Source: Minisyncoccia bacterium (GTDB taxonomy: Bacteria; Patescibacteriota; Minisyncoccia; Phycocordibacterales; UBA9973). Taken from it: a DNA stretch of 64,000 bases. The notes beneath the pieces are model-generated. The model was given only the letters and a program-made list of their open reading frames with translations, did no database searches and was not told the DNA's origin. Where the stretch lies: positions 15,461 through 79,460 of the forward strand of contig JBDHUR010000002.1 in assembly GCA_039809265.1 (NCBI GenBank), written 5' to 3'. Shown here piece after piece: positions 62,101-64,000 of this stretch. The position numbers and the translations under genes were made by a program. Within the stretch, counting starts at the first letter, position 1; each line of letters begins with the position of its first letter.

Positions 62101-64000
62101 TGCCGACCGGCGCAGTGGGCAAAGTAGGTTTGACTGTGACCAACGACGACGATCCTTCTACTACCGCTATAGACAATTCTCCTATCGGCACTATAGTTGC
62201 AAATGCTCCGGGAATATTCTCTACAGATTTAATCCAGGCAATAGACAACCAAGTGTTTACTACTATTCTGCCAGATCCAGGACTTCGTATTACAAAAACT
62301 TCCGACAAAGACGTGGTCTATGCTGGCGAGTCTTTCAACTGGAACATAGAATATTACAATGACTCTGGAAATCCGGATACAAGCGTAACTTTGACAGACA
62401 CCATGCCAGCCGGCACAAGTGTCAGCAAAGTATTCCATACATGGAATACTAAGGCCATAGCAGGAGGAGCAACACCTTCAGTAGAAACAGACATAACAGC
62501 CAATGCGAATGTTACTGTGTCTCCAAACGCAGACGGAACAACGACCGTGGCCGTAAATATTACTGGTTTGCGTGGCGGACCGCTTCTCAACATTGAAGGC
62601 GGTATTATCCGTATAGAGACAAATACAAGTAACACTTTAGTCACTGGTACATCTGTTACTAACACTGTGCAAGGATGTTTCTCTAACCCAAGCGGAAGTT
62701 ACTGCATATCTTCGCAGGACGATGTAGCAGTAGAAAATCCAGACCTATGGATACGCAAGCAGGTAGATGTGACAGATCCTCTCGCAGGAGAAACTATAAA
62801 TTACACACTTATAGTTTCCAACGAAGGAGCACACGATGCCCCAAATGTTTTGATTAGTGACACTTTGCCGGCTGGACTTTGCTATAGCGGCCCGACCCAA
62901 ATAACAACTTCCGGATGGAGCATAGGATCGCCAATTATTACTGGTGGACCTTGCCAAAGCGCTAGCACGACTTTGGCGTGGAGTATAAGTAATGCAAATA
63001 ATATAAGTAATCCAGCATATACTCCATCTGGAACAATACCAGCAAACTCTGAGGATATATTCATACGCTACGCTGTGTCTGTGCATTCCTCTATTCTTCC
63101 GGGGACACTTTTGACAAACGGTGCACACATAGAAACAAACTTGACCGAAGACCCAATTTATCCAAACGATACGAGCGAAGATATAGAAACGCCTTTGCCA
63201 GACCCATATGTGGTGAAGACTTCGCAGCTAGTAGTGGATCCGGGAGCGATTTCTACTTTCACCATAACTTACGGCAATAACACACGCGAGACCGCACACG
63301 ATGTGTACATGATAGATACGTTCCCAATAGTTGGCTACCCTGGATACTCAGGAAACACTGACCCAGATATGAAGTTTGTCTCTGTTTCTGGATCTCACGG
63401 TGAGCAGTTCTATTACCATGAAGGACCACTTTCTGCCACAGCGCCAGCTTTTGATCCATCTGCGCCATCAACCGGTGGTTGGGCAAATACGCCTACAACT
63501 ACCACCGCATTTATGGCCGTGATTTTACCTGGTAACTTGGCTGGGCAAGCTGGCCCGTACCAAATACAAGTCAGCTTCCAGGCTGTAGACCCTATAACGT
63601 CCGCGCTTTTGCCGGCTGGACTTTCTATGACAAACAAAGTAGAAATTTTTTCTTCCACTACTGACTCAAATCTAACAAACAATCTCTCAACAGCAGCTAC
63701 TAACACTCCTGGTCTTGACCTTGCTATAGACAAAAAGGGAAGCCGAGAAGGCGGATTTCCCGGAGTTGCTCCTGGTGGCTCGATGACATACGACGTGACA
63801 GTGAAAAATCAGGGCACAGTGGATGCTTGTGCTGTCTATGTTTTAGACATTCCTTCAAGTGATCTCACTCTCGTTGCTCCATATCATAACTTCACCACGC
63901 TTGCTTTGGTCAACTCCATAGGTCAAAATGTTTTGCCTCATGACACTTCTGGCAACAACATCACAACTACAGTCGGTATTACTTACGACTCTGTCTCACG
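59175..64000 (+). CDS. Giant DUF11-repeat surface protein/adhesin (>1600 aa, runs off the window)
   Basis: MSFLFSHIRR..hydrophobic signal; in-frame repeats PDLWIRKQVD..GETINYTLIVSNEG..DTLPAGL (62739) and DLAIDK..TYDVTVKNQG (63717); frame spot-checked only. Confidence 0.85.
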   Translation, partial: MSFLFSHIRRFFHTNTAKQGVQIFQNGALIAFVFFQVAGAFTAFGSYVQNDNSGYFLVDFNNDQQGIVSDGAPKRENIEIDTILGVAGVATGYSSGYFTTADIHPNSFTKWNKVELTANYSNPSDVQISLYECNSTPMPISGFQNLTLSGGMYDISSLSPATYPCIAVRVDMTSGTVSPTVDSLRVSWDPLPAYLLAVSVPTSVPAGSVLDANVNYSVSYVNDVNTVVWTTLPSVMSGTYNPLYNQNPELTFVSASNGGQYTVSGITINGITVPAKSIYWDLGNVNAGQSGTLNFKLQTGNGWQNGMKFGFSASIDSLKGNQYNADADQSTTGIQTYNATITSAPSPEFIKSVSGTAKIGNTDYVVSGGSYTPIVTYSLTLKNVFNATGRETIFNPVITDDVSDILSKLNSVCSVSVPSSRISPLGGGTLAGNTITWDATSGDITNILPGSSAAVSYTVDYTGCPNGATLYENSASAFSDNMSNVNAEHSVVVGVDTTPRGNFAKGDKVKGNSGVQGNTDDNPTALQTYGDNFSYLLQMVNTGMVAGGDYVATDRVPDGLTFISATIPTNAGGTVYYNTSTAGTAPTYSVSPGVGISGGGWTSTAPVDPSTVKWVATYVPCLNSPFFPAPATNSACYNKPSQVVSEIQVSINTVSDICLDTNISNTADFKVYAASTSIENKVLTPSGTSLMSATDTEQTHVTPSLAAFNINSNISGPTATMVGQTVTYSINVSNTGIDAAQATTVTIPTPQINVNGVPTYLSFVQALGGAVNTGSLPTSVSVGLGTMNVGATKTVTISYSIPSGVKNNDNFTLNANISATDDNNCRPINASVSHTTSVSSRPELQTFKNAEESVVSGGQDIHYDITFRNTGNAPTSGTYIVDRIPAKTIFKEAYTSGTNSNTVAFSCTGCRVYFSSSTSLPPTLSVVQPLNGAMINSYFSLGTEVSTGLWAPVGMTASQVRWVAWLLDDTTSTNILPTGAVGKVGLTVTNDDDPSTTAIDNSPIGTIVANAPGIFSTDLIQAIDNQVFTTILPDPGLRITKTSDKDVVYAGESFNWNIEYYNDSGNPDTSVTLTDTMPAGTSVSKVFHTWNTKAIAGGATPSVETDITANANVTVSPNADGTTTVAVNITGLRGGPLLNIEGGIIRIETNTSNTLVTGTSVTNTVQGCFSNPSGSYCISSQDDVAVENPDLWIRKQVDVTDPLAGETINYTLIVSNEGAHDAPNVLISDTLPAGLCYSGPTQITTSGWSIGSPIITGGPCQSASTTLAWSISNANNISNPAYTPSGTIPANSEDIFIRYAVSVHSSILPGTLLTNGAHIETNLTEDPIYPNDTSEDIETPLPDPYVVKTSQLVVDPGAISTFTITYGNNTRETAHDVYMIDTFPIVGYPGYSGNTDPDMKFVSVSGSHGEQFYYHEGPLSATAPAFDPSAPSTGGWANTPTTTTAFMAVILPGNLAGQAGPYQIQVSFQAVDPITSALLPAGLSMTNKVEIFSSTTDSNLTNNLSTAATNTPGLDLAIDKKGSREGGFPGVAPGGSMTYDVTVKNQGTVDACAVYVLDIPSSDLTLVAPYHNFTTLALVNSIGQNVLPHDTSGNNITTTVGITYDSVS

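Noticed and set aside
60302-63733. Short ORFs listed in 60-64 kb
   Set aside because: Antisense or off-frame shadows of the giant DUF11 gene

Overview
This is a gene-dense bacterial chromosome segment using genetic code 11. It very likely comes from Patescibacteria/CPR (Parcubacteria-like), inferred from the divergent 16S rRNA (GTGCCAGCAGGAGCGGTAA at the 515F site), the shortened RF2/ProS/UvrC and the gene content. It carries a type IV pilus cluster (pilB, pilC, five prepilins, one fused to an LVIVD propeller), gatCA, prfB, ftsEX, pyrG, a MarR-EmrAB-type efflux operon, rlmB, a sortase with its LAQTG substrate, rnj, secG, a stand-alone 16S rRNA gene without an anti-Shine-Dalgarno tail, tsf-rpsB, proS-mreBC-tgt, uvrBAC, three tRNAs and the start of a >1600-aa DUF11-repeat surface protein missing from the ORF track. 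The best novel-system candidate is a dispersed family of six orphan membrane-anchored proteins. They share a juxtamembrane motif Q-x-A-[AST]-[AST]-[LI]-[KRE]-S but carry different passenger domains. Linked to the family are a TCCAC promoter box, a G13 promoter-spacer tract, an A8 frameshift, a duplicated terminator/promoter module and a start-less C-terminal remnant. Palindromic elements also occur, one inserted in frame in uvrA. All calls come from reading the sequence; no searches were run.
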